Origin: Calcarisporiella thermophila CBS 279.70
Taxonomy: Eukaryota > Fungi > Calcarisporiellomycota
Direction: 5' to 3'
DNA: 64,000 nt
Assembly (NCBI RefSeq): GCF_041956535.1
Contig: NW_027192209.1
Span: forward strand, 322,092-386,091
Under the pieces are notes generated by a model. That model saw only the letters and a list, made by a program, of their open reading frames with translations. It ran no database searches and was not told where the DNA came from. The translations under genes and the position numbers were made by a program. Positions 49,843 through 63,734 of the stretch are shown here, one piece after another. Each line of letters begins with the position of its first letter. The stretch's first letter is position 1.

Positions 49843-50967
49843 ATGCGGATTCTGTCCCTTGTATACCCATGTGCATTGATTCTCCTCCCCCTTCTCTTCG
49901 CCTTGGCCGTCGATTCCGCCTCGTATGATGGCAGCGCAATCGGCTCGCCCGCGATCGCACGCCCTCTGCGATGGGCACGGCGGAGCATCGGTGGAGATGA
50001 GAAGGCGAAGCCCTCGAAGACGAGTCCGGCCCAGGTGGCCCAGCCGCTGACCCCGACCGAGCGAGAAAAGGCGCCAAAGTCAACCCCGACCAAGGCTGAA
50101 GACGCCATCCCGGCTGAGACGCGGCCCAGCAAACAGGTCGTGCCAAGCGAACAGGCAGAGTCTCCGGCTTCGGCGGATCGCAGCGCCACCAAGCGCAAAG
50201 ACCCGGAACCAACGGCTAGCGACGAGCCGGTCCCGAGTCCGCGCATCATGGACATTCCCGGGAACAAGACGTCTAGATCGGGCGAAGAGATCAAGGACTC
50301 CCAGATGCCCTCCTCCAACCTCACCATTCTCATGGCCACCACGCACAGCCCCGATCAAGGGAACTCGACCCTCCCCACCAAAAAGCCGGGCAAGAACATC
50401 CAGCTGAATATCTATGACGGCGGGGAGACCCCCCCGTCCGAGGGCGCGTGCTCCCAGTCCTCCCCGTATGACCCCACCTCCTCCGCCTCGGGAATCTGCG
50501 GCGTTGCGTCCAGGTTCGCCGAGCCCACAGGCACCAACCCCTCCGGCGAATCCGATAAGTCGATCAACAAGCCCACCAGCAAGACCGACGGCTCGGCCTC
50601 GCCCCCGACACGCTCCCATACCACGCCGACCCCCACTACCACAACCACCACCACAACTTCCCCCGCGGCGGCGGCGGAGGAAGAGGCGCATCCTCGCAAG
50701 GAGGAAAAGCACAGCGCCTCTCCTCTGACCGCTCACCCCACGGAGCCCGCCACCCCCTTCTGCAAGGTATACGACTGTGTGGGGCCCATGGAGACCGTGC
50801 TGCTGGTGCCCACCGCTCCCGTCCCCACCCTGCCGATTTCCCCGCCCAAGTTCGTGCTGCGCCCCGGCGAAGGCATTGCCGCCTCCGTCTCCTCGCCCAA
50901 TCTCGCCATCCCCCGCACTCTGCTTCTCGCCCTGTCGCTCCTCCTCGTGAACCTCCCCCACCTCTGA
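49843..50967 (+). CDS. Secreted Ser/Thr/Pro-rich, probably GPI-anchored cell-surface protein
   Basis: Hydrophobic N-terminal signal, mucin-like body with poly-Thr, small residues (AASVSS) followed by a terminal hydrophobic tail. Confidence 0.75.
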   Translation: MRILSLVYPCALILLPLLFALAVDSASYDGSAIGSPAIARPLRWARRSIGGDEKAKPSKTSPAQVAQPLTPTEREKAPKSTPTKAEDAIPAETRPSKQVVPSEQAESPASADRSATKRKDPEPTASDEPVPSPRIMDIPGNKTSRSGEEIKDSQMPSSNLTILMATTHSPDQGNSTLPTKKPGKNIQLNIYDGGETPPSEGACSQSSPYDPTSSASGICGVASRFAEPTGTNPSGESDKSINKPTSKTDGSASPPTRSHTTPTPTTTTTTTTSPAAAAEEEAHPRKEEKHSASPLTAHPTEPATPFCKVYDCVGPMETVLLVPTAPVPTLPISPPKFVLRPGEGIAASVSSPNLAIPRTLLLALSLLLVNLPHL

Positions 50968-51492
50968 CCCCCGTGGGCAGCCGTGTTTTTTTTATTTCTG
51001 TCTGTTGCCGACTGTAGAAACTTAGTATTTAATATATGTAAATGGTATACCCCCCTCACCGCCGATCACCCCTCCATCCTCGGGCCTCGCTGCTTGAGCT
51101 CAAAAGGATATAGGATTTATTCTTTTACAAAAAAAACTTCGGAAGTAAATAAAACATAAAAAAAATAGAATCATAAAATAGTAGTATCAAGAAAAGAAAA
51201 ACAATTTTTATATCGAGAGGGAACAAGTGAGAAGAGGAGGAGGAGACAAATAAAAATAGAGTGGATCCCAAGAAGCGAGGGAGCATTTCCTAAGGTCTAA
51301 AAAGGGTTCGGTGATGGCGTGCGTGTCCGTGTGGAAGAGTCAAGAAGAGGGGGAGGCAAGAAGAATAAGAATAATAAAAATAAGCATAGGAATAACATAA
51401 AACAGGAGGAGAAAAGGGATGCAAGAAAGAGGGCGAAGAGAGGAGCCAAGAAGATTAAAGAGGTGGAAGGCTATCTCCCCCCCCCCCCCAGC

Positions 51493-54448
51493 TCACGACA
51501 CAAAGAGATTCACCACGGTCGACCCGCAAGCTTCAAACGCCATCTGCACGTCGTCGTCGGACCGAATGGTCACCAGGTCCCCGTCCTCGTCGACGTACTT
51601 GATGCGGAGGGGGGGGATCGACACCTCGCCCGCCTCCTCCCCGCCGCCCTTCCCGGCCACCAGCCGCATCTTGCGCTCCACCTTGTCGGCCAGCTCGCGA
51701 TACCCGATGCCGGTGGACGCCATGATCACGTACACATCCTCGCCGTAGTTGACCTTGATGCGGATGGAGGGGCCGTTGGAGACGGGCGACGGAAGGGGCG
51801 ACTCTGCGTCGGAGGAGGGGATCTGCGGGAGAGGAGGCACCTCCTCCACCGAGCCCGCCATATGGTTTGGCGTCGGCTTGCGGACGTGGAGCGGCTGGTG
51901 CGGATTGCTCTGAGAGCGAAGCCGCGTTCGCGCAAATTCGCCCCGGGGCATCCGCGGCTGCGCGGGAGGCGCCTGCCCGTTCCCGGCCCCGTTGTAGTAC
52001 AGCCCCAGCCCCACGTTGGCGCCCGTGCGTGCCGTGGTCATGTCCGACTGAGAGCGCATCAGCGGGGGCTGCGGGAAGTCGAGCTCCTCCTCGTCGCCCG
52101 CGCGGGAATGGGGGTCCTGCTCCGCCATCATAAACTTGGCAAAGGTGTCGGCGGTCAGGGGGGAGGACGAGGCGGAGTGGGCGTCCCGCAGGGAGCCTCG
52201 GTTGCGGGGATGGGGCGGGTGGGTGGAGTCATGGGGGGAATACACCAGGGTGCTCGAGCTGCTGTACTCGGTGGGAAGGGTGGAGCCGGAGTAGACGCTC
52301 GACATGGTAGCCGCGGTGGAGGCCGAGAAGGATCTAGGCAGCGGGGGGACGTGGGGGTTGGCGCCCGGCTGGGCGTACTGCCGGGCCATATGGGGGAGAG
52401 GGGGCGTCTGGCTGCCCCAGTAGGCAAAGCTGGAGCTATCCTCGGTCCGCGCGCGCGGCCGAGCACCGGTGGCCTGTGTTTTGCGGGCATATTGGACCGA
52501 GGTGCTCCTGGGCTTCGCTACCTCGCCGTCGCCCCCCTCCTCGGACTCGAACTCATCGTCGTACACGGAGCTAGGGTAGTCCTCGGTGGTGGGCGACCGC
52601 AAATCCATGCTCTGCATCGCAGAGGATAGGCCCGACCGCCTTGCGGACTGGGCGCCTCCGTTCTGCTGGATCTCGCTTACCAGCTTGTTGAGCAGCGGCT
52701 CCCACTGCTGGAGCACCTCCTCGTTTCGGCACTTGAGAACAAACGACTCCATCTCCACGTCGGACCAGAACACCTTCAAGGTATAGACCCCTAGAGGGAA
52801 AGAGCGATGGGTTAGAAACCTTCCCCGCTTCCAAAGCCAGCGCATGCAAAAGCAAAATACCATTCCGCGCCGTATTCATGATGATGTTGATATTGGCGAT
52901 TGGAACCTTGAGCTTCAGCACTAGACTCCCCCTCCGCTTCTTCATCAGGGTAATCGAGTTGGTCTTTGTGTTTTTTCGGTTTTTATCCCCCACGTATTTG
53001 AAGAACAGGAGGGCGCGCTCGAAGAGATACACCTTCATTTCCCGCTCCATGTCATTGCTTGACATGATAAACGTCTCCACCAGCACCAGCTCCCCAAGGT
53101 TGTCCAGCGTGAGGCCCTAGAAACGAACGTTAGTGACCGGGTGGAAATCGCCCTTAAAGATTCCCACTCGTGCTTACCTTCCAATCATCCACCCGGGTCT
53201 TGAGCTCCTCGACCATCAGCGCATTCTCTTGCTTGCGTTTGGTCTCGTTCACCTTGTCCACCACGCGCTTTATTGCGTTGAGCCCGTCCGTCTGCTCCTG
53301 GAAATACGGATGTGACTTGTCCGTGTATTTGTTTAGCTCCGCCATGAGGAGGGAGTATTTGCACACGCGCTGGACCGGCTTGATAAGGAGAGAGGGGAGC
53401 TCGTAGGTCGGCTCCACGAGCTCCGACAGCTTCATAAGGTTGGGGGTCTCCTGCACGGCCAGGTCAAGTGCCGAGGAGTAGTTTGTACAGTAGGGCTCGT
53501 AGACGCTGAATGCATCCTCCATGCGGACAAAAAGCTCGCCGAACCGCTGCTCCGCCGGCGGTTTGTCCGCATTGGCCTCCAATGCCATGAGAAAGCGTCG
53601 CTGAAAGTCCACGAGCGCGTTGAGGTTGGCAAAGAGGTGGTGGATCGTGTCGGCAGAGACGACTTGCTGGGCTTGCAGCTGGTTCATATAATTTTGTAGG
53701 ATCTCGAGGTCCTGCACATACTTGAGTTCGGTTGTGCGCAGCTCATTGACAACCTTGGCCCGCGAGTCCAGCGGGAGCTGCTCGCCGTCATCGGTTGCCT
53801 CCTTGTTTTTTGGCTCCTGCAAGACCCCCTTCTCCTCCAGCCTGTCGAGCACAATGTTTATTGTCCGGACAACCTAGGTTAAAATGGATGGGCCGGCATT
53901 AGTGGGAATGGAATGGAACCATCCATTGCACAGGGCATCGGAATGCTCACCTTGACGAACCCGTTAGTGTTGTTTTGGAATACATCCGTGATGCTAAACA
54001 GACTATCCTCGGCCAACTTGAGTTGGTCGCGACACGCTAATAGAAAATGGTATACACTAGCTTTACACTGATTAGCATTGCTAAGGTTCTCCGAGTTGAC
54101 GCGCAACGGTTTTTCAGGATCTAAGGCGTTAAAGAGGGCGCATAGAGAATATCCCTTGCGACATATCTGCCACAAAATATGGAGCGGATCGTCTTCAAAA
54201 AGGGGCGGTGGCAATTCGGTAGAGCCACCCGGGGTGAGCGGAGGCGGAGGGTCGTCAGATATATTGAGGAATTCGTCAAAGCCCGGCACTCGCTTCAGGC
54301 GGTCAAGCACCGACCGACAGAGATGGTAAAGTGATGCTGCGGGAGAGGCAGGCTTGTTGGTGATGGATGCAGATGGCATGGGCTGTTCAATGGCAATTCC
54401 TGACGCGGGTGACGTATTTGTATGCGTGCTACGTCTTACCGTGGCCAT
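51493..54448 (-). CDS. CDC24: Cdc42 guanine-nucleotide exchange factor (CH-DH-PH-PB1)
   Basis: CH 'GYSLCALFNAL...CKASVYHFLLAC', DH 'VVNELRTTELKYVQDLE...LIKPVQRVCKY', PH, PB1 'IKYVDEDGDLVTIRSDDDV'. Confidence 0.95.
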
Positions 54449-56629
54449 TATAAGGGAAGGCTGATTGGATAGGATCGATCGTCAATAAACCTGGCTGATC
54501 GATGGTAATGTGATGGAGGGGGCCGCGGATGCAAGTAGATGAATGTTAAATACAAACTTTTTCAATGATCGATTTCGACACAAATCTACAGTGGAGATTG
54601 GATAACTTGGAGGCGGAGAGTGCTGTTGAGAAATTCCAGGTTAATCAATGTGCCGGATGGTTCCTGTTTCGGCAGGAGATGATGTTCGATGACTACCAAC
54701 GAGGAATGCAATTACAGAACAATGGAGTTTGGATGCGAAGATGGAAAGAGAAGTAGAAAAGGGCGGTGGCGGCGGGGGGGGAGGGGGATTGAGGATGGAC
54801 AGCCTGTATCCAGGGGATGGTGTTCCAATCTGAAGAGGAAATCCCGAAAGATGCGATATAATTCAAACCCACCAGTGGGGAGAGAGCAGGACCTGTCAGA
54901 TGATGGGCAATGGCCGCATTAGTTGGATGGGATTCGAGAACAGGAGAGCAGCGCTGAGCACTCACCAGACTTAGGCACACGCGCACGCTGAGATGGCTAG
55001 AATTTAAATTAGTACTCGCTCGCAGAGAGAGATCTTAGTTGAGGGATTCGAACATGAAGAAAAACTGTGACGAACATAAAAAAAAAAGAAAAAAGGGGTA
55101 ACCAAAACTCAATCAATCGTCAATTGAGCGTGAGCGAGGTTGGGTCGGCCGTCGAACGACAGAAATTACGGACCAAGACTGATTCCAGCGCCTCGGTTGA
55201 TTATTTAAGATAAAATGGCGGTCAGAAAACTACCACTACAGCCTTTGCTCGATGGTCACCTGCGCGGTTCCGGCCGCCCTCCCCGTCCCCTTGCCCACAA
55301 GCGTCTTAGACCACTGGGCGCAATCCCTGGAATTTCGGATGCTGGAAACTTCCCGTAGAACCGGCTCTGCTGGCCGCTCCAGCACAACACACGGTCGCCC
55401 GGGGCTGGGCCGACCAGTGTTGGGCGCACTGGCGCCGTCCATAGAGGTCCCCCCCACATGGCTTCCCGAGAAGCCATATGTCGATGTCCCTCGAAACCAT
55501 ACAGGCTGCACTCAATATGAGCACATATTGATCACGAGGTATTTGTGCAAATTGCAATGGATATGAGAGCCACCGGGTTCATGCTCATGCAAATCCAGCG
55601 TCGCATGAATCGGGAGGAGGTGGCTGGAGTCCAAGTCAGCAACTGGCCCAGCTAGCTGGGAAGGAGATCTCCCGGTTGCGGGTGGGCCGCTCTCCTCGGG
55701 ATGCCTCAGAATCGCGAGGGGCACATTCTATGGTGTTGCTGTCAGATGCACATTTTCATCACAGTGCGACCGAATTGCATCATTTCCCCCTAGCACCCCT
55801 TCCACCTAGAATCTGACCAACTAGGCCCCTATATATGACTTACCCATCCAGCCGCCTACATGCCTTTGCTGCTCGCTTCTACAAAAGCCGGTGGCCCGTT
55901 TGGCGCCAAACCCAAGCACTGGCTTTCTGGTGCTTTCACTGCAGCAGCGTTTATGTCCGAAAATTGGCAGCGTGTAAGGAGGCTCCCGAGTTTTGGCCGT
56001 AAATGCGTGCAACAATTGTAATGGAATATCACTTGGATAAGTGCCAAACGAGGTCTCCAATGACGTCCCCTCGTGGTGGTCCGGCTACGACAACGAACCA
56101 GACCGAACTATAAAACCTCTATGCAAGCTGTAACCTGAAGGTTTCACGACGAGTAAATATACGGTACGCGGTGAACCCCAGATTGCGAAGATTGGATTGC
56201 GATTCATGGCATTAAAGCAGCCACCTAACTTCGAGGGGCTCCAGTCCTTTCAGTCAGGGCTATATTCCGGCCTCTATCCTCAAAGCTATGTTGAGTGTGC
56301 TTCCAGGCCCATATGTGAACTGGAGGAGGGGCACCCTTTTCCAATCTCGCTAGATGGTCTCATTGCTAACACATTTTCTCCGGGTTTCACCCGATCAATA
56401 TACTTCTTAATCGATCCAATCAAAATGGGGGGCAAGGTTGAGCGAATTATGACTGGATTGAAATGTTTCTGAAATCTGCCATTGGAATTCACCTCATATG
56501 GTGGGAAGTCTTAGGACGATTCGTCAGTAAAACGGTAAGAAAGGGTAGGTTAGGTAGGTTCTCGGTTTTTGATTTTTCAAAAATACTCTAGAAATTTTAT
56601 TAGGGGAGGAGCTGCTAATAAATAATATT

Positions 56630-57708
56630 TTATGCTGACGCTTGGGATGGAGTACCGGACTTTAGTAAATCCAAAAAACTGGCTTTGGACATGGATGATA
56701 CTAAAATTTCAAATACCGGTTAGAAATGGTCAAAAATAGCTGTTGAACAACCTATTCTACGCACCATCTTTTGCTCTCTCTATTGCTGTTGTCGTCTTAG
56801 ACTTCGTCTGCGCAGCATTAACAGCCTCCTCGGTTGTTTTTTGCTGTATGCGAATGGCGTTGAATAGTTTCACGACTATTAGAGAAACAATAATAAAACA
56901 TCTTAAGGATACACCACTAGGACCTCCAGAAAACATCCAAGATACATTACCTCCGCGTGTGGCAATTTTTCTCAGCTTCTTCTCATACTCGAAGTTGCTG
57001 TAGTCCGGTTTCACACGATCTCTTGATTCAAGTTTCTTCTTCTCTGCCGCGAGAATTTTACGAGCCTTGTACTCGAGCTTTTCTTCCTCGAGTTTACGCT
57101 CTGCACCTTTAGCACGCGCTAGAATGGGTTGCTGATTAAATTTTTTTGGAAGAGAGGCTGATTAGAGGCGAGAATTTGGATAGTTTGCCGAAGATAAATG
57201 AACTTACTTTGCGGTCTGTCGCCTTAAGCTGACTGCCCAAAATTTTGCCCATGGCATCTGCGAAGCTCTCAGGATTAGCATTCTTCCGGCGTTCTATTCA
57301 AAATTTCCAATAAGTTTACAAAAAATGATATGCATTGTCACAGTATATACTTGCTTTTGGTCGGCTTCTCTAATCCCGTCAAGTCATCTTCGTCATCGCC
57401 ATCGTCATCTTCCTCCTCTCCATCAGCCCCTTCTTCTTCTTCTTCGTCGGTTTCATTTTCTTCATTTGCTTCACCTTCAGAATCCTCCTCGTCTCTCTCA
57501 GCTTCTGAATTGTCTATACCAGCAAGTTTTATGAGTAAATTTTTGCCTTGAGCATAATTCATGATCCCCTACCTGACTCTGCCTCTGCATATTCGTCATT
57601 TAGTAACTCGCTATCTTCTACAAATTCTTTGGCTGAACTAGCCTGCTCTTCTGCTTTGTCGTTTTTCTTTTCGGTCTTCTTTGACGATAACTTTCTTTTG
57701 CGCTGCAT
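56630..57708 (-). CDS. RRP15: Ribosomal RNA-processing protein 15
   Basis: Acidic N-terminal region, 'KPDYSNFEYEKKLRKIATRG|VVKLFNAI' and 'MSKASFLDLLK'. Confidence 0.9.
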
Positions 57709-57852
57709 GTTGATATATAGATAGAATAGAGAAAATGAATGGTGTTAGCGGCAAATCACAAATTTGTTTATTTATTATTAAGTAGTCACACGGCTTATAG
57801 GAATCGCAAAAACCCCTTTTAAACATTATAACCAAATATATATCCATAGAAT

Positions 57853-59605
57853 ATGTCGACACCAAAAAAACCAAGTGGGAAAACCACTTCTAATCATCAT
57901 ATTTCATCTCCAAAACATCAAAATTCATCAACCAAGACCCCTGCTAAAAAGTCTAAATCCTCCACTGCTCCACATAACTCTACGTCTACCCCTCGAGATT
58001 CTACTCCAAAATCTCTCCCTCCCAAGAAGCAACAGCGAAAGGAGCAGGTCCACCCGGTACTTTTAGGACTTCCCGATGGCCCCGCCGATGAGGATGAAGT
58101 TGATGCTCAAGTGACAAAGATCGGGGGCAAACCGGTAAGCCCTAAATGGTAGCTGGGGGAGTGCTAATGCACTAATTACAATTCTCGGTTTAGAATTGGC
58201 TTCTACCTGGCCAGGCCCCCTCTGGAAATATAATAATCTGTGATTATTGTGGCAATGCAATTTTCCTTTTGCTGCAGGCTTATGTTCCGCTGGAAAATTC
58301 CGTTTATGATCGAGTTATTTACGTTTGGGGCTGCAATCGAAAGCAATGTATGCGACGCGACCGAAGTTTCCGTGTATTGCGTGCTCACCGCATGGACGAG
58401 GAGTATGCACAGCAATTAGCTCGGAAAGAAAAAGAAAAGGCAAAGAAAGCCGAGGCCAAGTCAGCGACTGGAGTTCTCGGAGCTGGATTTAATGTAACTC
58501 CCCCCCCATTATTTATAACGACTTCCAACCTCTCTTAATTTAACTTCAAAATTGGATAGTTTGGAGACGTTTGGAATACAACGAAAGATGAGGAGGTCAT
58601 CCTAAACAACAACCCCTCCCCCGAAAACGCGTCTACTAGCTCCGGATTATCAGAAAATACCTCGGTGACGAAAGAGGACACTACCAATAAGGAAGGAGAC
58701 GTCTCTTCGCTTAACATGTCACAGGACCAAGAAATTGCCGGAGCATTCAAACAGCAATTAAATATTCAATCCGAACCTCCTCAAGCCGACAAGCTTCGTA
58801 TGTTTACTGTTCTAAAATGGGGCTCCATCCTGATCTTCGAGCTTACTCATCACACTATTCTCTATAGCATGGCCATCCACATTCCCAGCTTTTCCTAGTT
58901 TCTATCTCTATATATCGGAAGAAGTGCTTGACGAGACATTTGATTACACTGGTTTTGACGAATCCAAATACAGCCAATACTATAGCATCCAGGAAGAGGT
59001 AGGAGAGGAAGAAGCAGAGGAGGGCGCCACGTGGACCGGAGAAGTTTACGAGAAAACAACGCTCCCTAATGGAATGGACAAGGGTTTCAAAAAGTTTGCT
59101 GAGCGAGTGGCAGAATGGCCGGAGCAGTGTGTGCGGTAAGCATGTCCTTCGAAGTAACCAGACGAACAACCCTAACCCTACTGAAATGTATAGATATGAC
59201 AAAGGGAGTACCCCCCTCTTCTATTCCAACAGTGACCAGGTCGCCTCTCTCCTCCACTCCGCATCCCCTCGTCACAAAGATTCCCAATTCACCACGACGA
59301 GATTGGCTCCTTGTCCCTACTGTGGAGGAGCCCGCACATTTGAATTTCAGCTCATGCCCAATGTCCTTTCCTTGCTGCCTACTGAGCGCTACGCAGAAGG
59401 AGGGGCGGAGAGCCTGCTTGAGGCTGCAAAACAGGCCACCTTGGAAAGCAAACCGCTTAATGGGCTGGCCCGGTTCGATCTGGGGATGGAATGGGGAACC
59501 ATTTTAGTATTCACTTGCGAGAACGATTGCAATGGCGGTCTCCCCGACCGTTCTGATGAAGTATATTATTTCGAAGAATTAGCTCTTGTACAGTACGAGG
59601 ATTAA
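57853..59605 (+). CDS. TSR4: PDCD2-like / Tsr4 (uS5 chaperone, 40S biogenesis)
   Basis: VLLGLPDG...KIGGKP, LLQAYVPL...RVIYVWGC, PEQCVRY, CPYCGGARTFEFQLMP, MEWGTILVFTC. Confidence 0.88.
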
Positions 59606-59783
59606 GAATGCAGTAATAAATCAATAATGAGCTGTTTATTTTTTTTTTTCTCACTGAAAATGAGAAGTAAAAGCTGAATATCCACTAATTTATGAAGATT
59701 TAGGCCAAAGTTAAACAGTATAATAATGAGGGAAAGAAAATTGAATAGAAAAAAAAAAAGAACGATTAAAATAGAAATAAATT

Positions 59784-62700
59784 TTACAAGAAATAATCAA
59801 GTTCAGGACGCTGATAAGTGTTACGCTCATCGTCCTCTATGCGAGGATAATAAGGTACCAGGCTATCTTGGGCACCAATGTACATGCTGTTATAGATCTT
59901 CCAGTAAACCTCACGAACACGTCGTGCCGGATGGAACAATCCCTGGAGTGAATATTGAAGAATGGTCGCCGGGCCAAGACTCACTCGCAACCCCTCGATC
60001 GCATCCATGACGGCGTTGATGACGTGAGGTGAGGTCTCGAATATATTGGGCCACACAAAGTTGAGCAGATGCATCAGTGCATCTTCACAGCCCAGCCCAA
60101 ACACGCCAAGCGCCATGTGCTTGACCGTGGTACAAGCGGTCTGTCTATGGACCAAGTCCCGATCGGTCAGAGCATCCTCCAGTAGCGGTGTGACGGCATA
60201 GATGTAATCCTTGCCCATTTCGCCAATGTATTCAAACAAAAAGGAGAGCGACTTGAGAACACCGTTCTGAACATTCAGCTCCGGCACACGGTACTCGTTC
60301 ATCAGGGCAGGCAAGACGGTGAAAGGCGCGCAGGTTTCAGCCACGATAGCAATAGCCACCGTCGTACACACACGGTTCTGGCGCTCTTGCACTTTGAGGT
60401 TGTTAAGCAGCGTGGCAAGCACATCGCTAGGGCCAATCGCCTTGGCAATGTAACCAAACGTGTTGACTGCCGCACGGCGAATGGCCTTCTTGTGAGCCTT
60501 CAGAAGGTCAAGCAGATCAAAACAAATTCGCATCCACTCTTTCGGCTGAGCAAACTCTGCCCCGCGGTCTGCAATACGACCAACCAAGTCAATGGTGTTT
60601 TCTTGTACCTAAAGTGAAATAAAGTAAAATAACGCTCAGAAACCGTTGGAGAAGTAAGATGCCGAAAGTATCACTTACCTTCTCATGTCGATTCTTCAAA
60701 ATGGGGGTCAACCGTGGCAGCAAATCCTTGATAGGGGGGGTCATGTTCGCCATACCAATAACATTGACTATTGACTTGAGGGCTCCAAGAATAGAGCCCA
60801 ACACCTCGGGATATTCTTCACCGAGGTATTCATAGAGTACCACTCCAAGATGGCCCATCAGCTTCTCTTCCCCACACGACTTCATCACCACAGCAATGCG
60901 TGAAATCAGATCCGCGGCCTGCTGTCGAACTTTGGCAGATTTGTTGTTCAGTCGCCACAGGATAGTGGAACAAATTTGCTGCAGATATGGCTTGACGCGC
61001 ATGCCAAGCGCATTGACGACGGTGCCGAAGCCATTCAACATGATCACATCTTCCACCGTCTGCTCTTGGAACGCATACAAAATGCCATCGATCAAGATCT
61101 CCTCAAGGCGCTGGTCGATATCGGATGCGCCCAACTCACTGACAATCTTCTCGATCGTCTCCATGACCATTTTGCGATAGGGCTCCGATTCGTCCTTGAG
61201 GTCTTCGACAATTCGGCCAATAATTTCTGATACTCCCACCTTCTTCGCAAGCTCTACCGTGGTCTCCACCACCTGCCGGTAATTACGACGGTCGAGAGCC
61301 ATTCGACGCACCCAGAAATTCCTAAAGAATTCGCCCAAAATCTCCTCTCTGATATACTGAGGCTGCACCCCATCGGTCGCGGTGCATTGCTTCACAACTT
61401 TAAGCACAATCTTTTTCATTTCCTCGTCGGGGGATTGGAACTCGCGAATAAGGATAACCATCACTTCCTTTGTGTAGTAATTGGCGTATTCATCGTCCAT
61501 GAGAGGAATAATGAAGCCAATTGCCTTAAGAAATGCTGCGAGGCCCTTGCCACGGTGTTTTCGAATGCCGGTCCAAAGTGGCTTGAGAACAGAATCAAAT
61601 GACTCGATACCATAGGGAGCAGCAGCTTCAGCAAGCGCAGCAATAGCTAATGCCGTGATAGTCCTAACCTTTTGTTGATCATCCTATAGACAAAAGAAAT
61701 CGTATTATAATTGGCACCAGAGTTATTGGTTAAAGAGAGCAAACTCACCTCTAATCCATGTGCTACACAATCTACTAAGTTCTTCAGATGCGGGAGGACG
61801 GCACAACCCATAAGAATCGCAATCTGCTGCACAATTTTGATACCGGTGTGACGCGCCTGCCATGATTTTTTGCTTCTACAGACTGCCTTGAGGAAGGGGA
61901 GCAGGGCGGGAATACCGAGTGCGGAAGCAACTACGGAAAAGGCTCTGGCTGTGGTGTTACGCACATATTCATCGACGTGATCAATATCAGGGCGCATGGT
62001 GGTTATCATCGTGGGCAAACCGGCCGCCTTACTGAGATTACTGATAATCTCGCGACCTTCAACACGCGCGTAAAAGTCCTCGTCAATCAGCAAAGGTTCA
62101 ATTACGACCAAGATTTTGTGCACCCATGGACGAACCAGGTCGTCGAGCTTATAGAGAATGCGATCAATAACTTTGACCTAGCGTAAAAAAGAATATTTAA
62201 GAGATGAATACAATAAATGGGATTATTGGGGATGCAAATGATTCCAATCTTACCAATAGATGGCGCTCTTGATCTTCAAGCGTAGGCGACATGAGAAGAG
62301 GCAAAATCTGGTTAAAAAGCGGCCCAGGACCAAACTCGCGAGCCTTCTCGGTGATCTGGCGTAAAGCCGTCTTTCGCATCGGTGGAGTTCCGTTTTTAAT
62401 TTTAAGCAAGAGCCGCATGATCTTTCTTTCCTTCACTTCCTCCGCCTTCATCAATGATTCATCTTTGTCCTCCAAAAGCTTTCCGAAATATTGCATATCC
62501 TCCTGCTTAAAGTATGGTAGCTCGCCGACGCCAGGTATTTCCTGGGGAAGATCAGCCACTATAACTGGCTGACCATCCTCCTGCATGTAGAAGCCATCAT
62601 TAACAGGAGTTGGAGTCGCAGCAAGTTTGCGCGAGGGAGTATGAATGGGCTGATAACCAGGAGGAGGCTCAAGAATTTTATACCCTTCTGTAGGAAACAT

Positions 62701-63734
62701 GGCGTCCAACTCTTCATCGGAGAGCGGCCTATTACGGGCATCAAGCTCACGTTCCCAGCGTGCAGCTTGCATGGCCTCTGGGGTCATGGGAATTTGAAGG
62801 TGACTAGGAGTAGGCGTGATCATACCAAGATTACCCACAGGTGTAGCAGTGATGGTGTCCGCCCCAACTGGAGTTTCATCCCATCTCGACCGTTTTCCAG
62901 CCTGTGATTGTTTTGGCGTTGCATCCCAGCTTGCCGCACCCGGAACTGCAGCGGTGGGAGTCTCGTCCCATCTATTGCGCTTTCGTGGTGTTGCACTCGC
63001 ATCTGGTCCTCTTGGGGTTTCATCCCAGCGACTCCGAGGTATAGCACCGACCTCCACATCTGGCTTATCCCACTCGGACACTTGTTTTTCAGGTTCTGAT
63101 GCCGCAACTGGGGTAGCCATATCCCATCTTCGTTTTTTGGTGGCAGGAGGCTGTGTGCTATCCGAGTCTTTACGCTTTTGCTCCTCTTCCTTTTGTTTTG
63201 CAGCAATCTTCTGTATTACCTGTTGATGTTGACGCTGTAGTTCCGCTTCTTTCATAATTTCTGCATACGATCTAGCCTCCTTATCGTCGCTTTCAGCAAA
63301 TGGATCCGCCCGAGCAGGGGTAATTATGCGATTATATCTTCTCGAACGATATTCATCTTCCCGATCAGAGATGCGATAAGAACTAAAACGGCTTTCTGGC
63401 TCTTCTTCATCTACTGCGGCCAGCTCTTCGTAAACCATTTTGGGTGCGGTGTAAGATGCCAGACCTTGAGCCTTCGCTGCATAGGCGCGATCTCTAGCCA
63501 ATTCTTCTTCATTTTCATCCTCTTTGTTGACTGGGATTGAAGTGTTGTATCCCTCGTATCTATTTGTAGTGTAAATGTCGGTATCATAAGAAATTTTTGT
63601 TGTACTATGTTGGCCTTGTCTGCTAGCCTTTTCGGCCTCGATCTGTTTCTCAATGTCTAGCATAAGAAAAAAGAAGCACATGAGCACTTGCTGAAAATTA
63701 GTAGCAAAAAAATCATTAGCTTACCGTCCGTCAT
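59784..63734 (-). CDS. SF3B1: U2 snRNP splicing factor 3B subunit 1 (SF3B1/Hsh155/Prp10)
   Basis: RWDETP (ULM) repeats, HEAT repeats '[14 protein letters not shown]', '[11 protein letters not shown]' and '[10 protein letters not shown]'; tiny first exon ATGACGGACG at 63725-63734. Confidence 0.98.

Noticed and set aside
55035-55060. tRNA suggested by GTTCGAATCCC on the minus strand
   Set aside because: No complementary T-stem or cloverleaf
56240-56300. SH3-like 'GLYPQSYVE' in a short ORF
   Set aside because: The upstream SH3 motifs (ALYDY, WW) are absent and no splice context supports it; probably chance
56902-56912. U12-type splice signal GTATCCTT in RRP15
   Set aside because: It lies inside a normal GTAATG...TAG intron rather than at the exon boundary required by the reading frame
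59784-62200. SF3B1 self-resistance or hotspot substitutions
   Set aside because: The segments QQKVRT and [10 protein letters not shown] appear to be wild type
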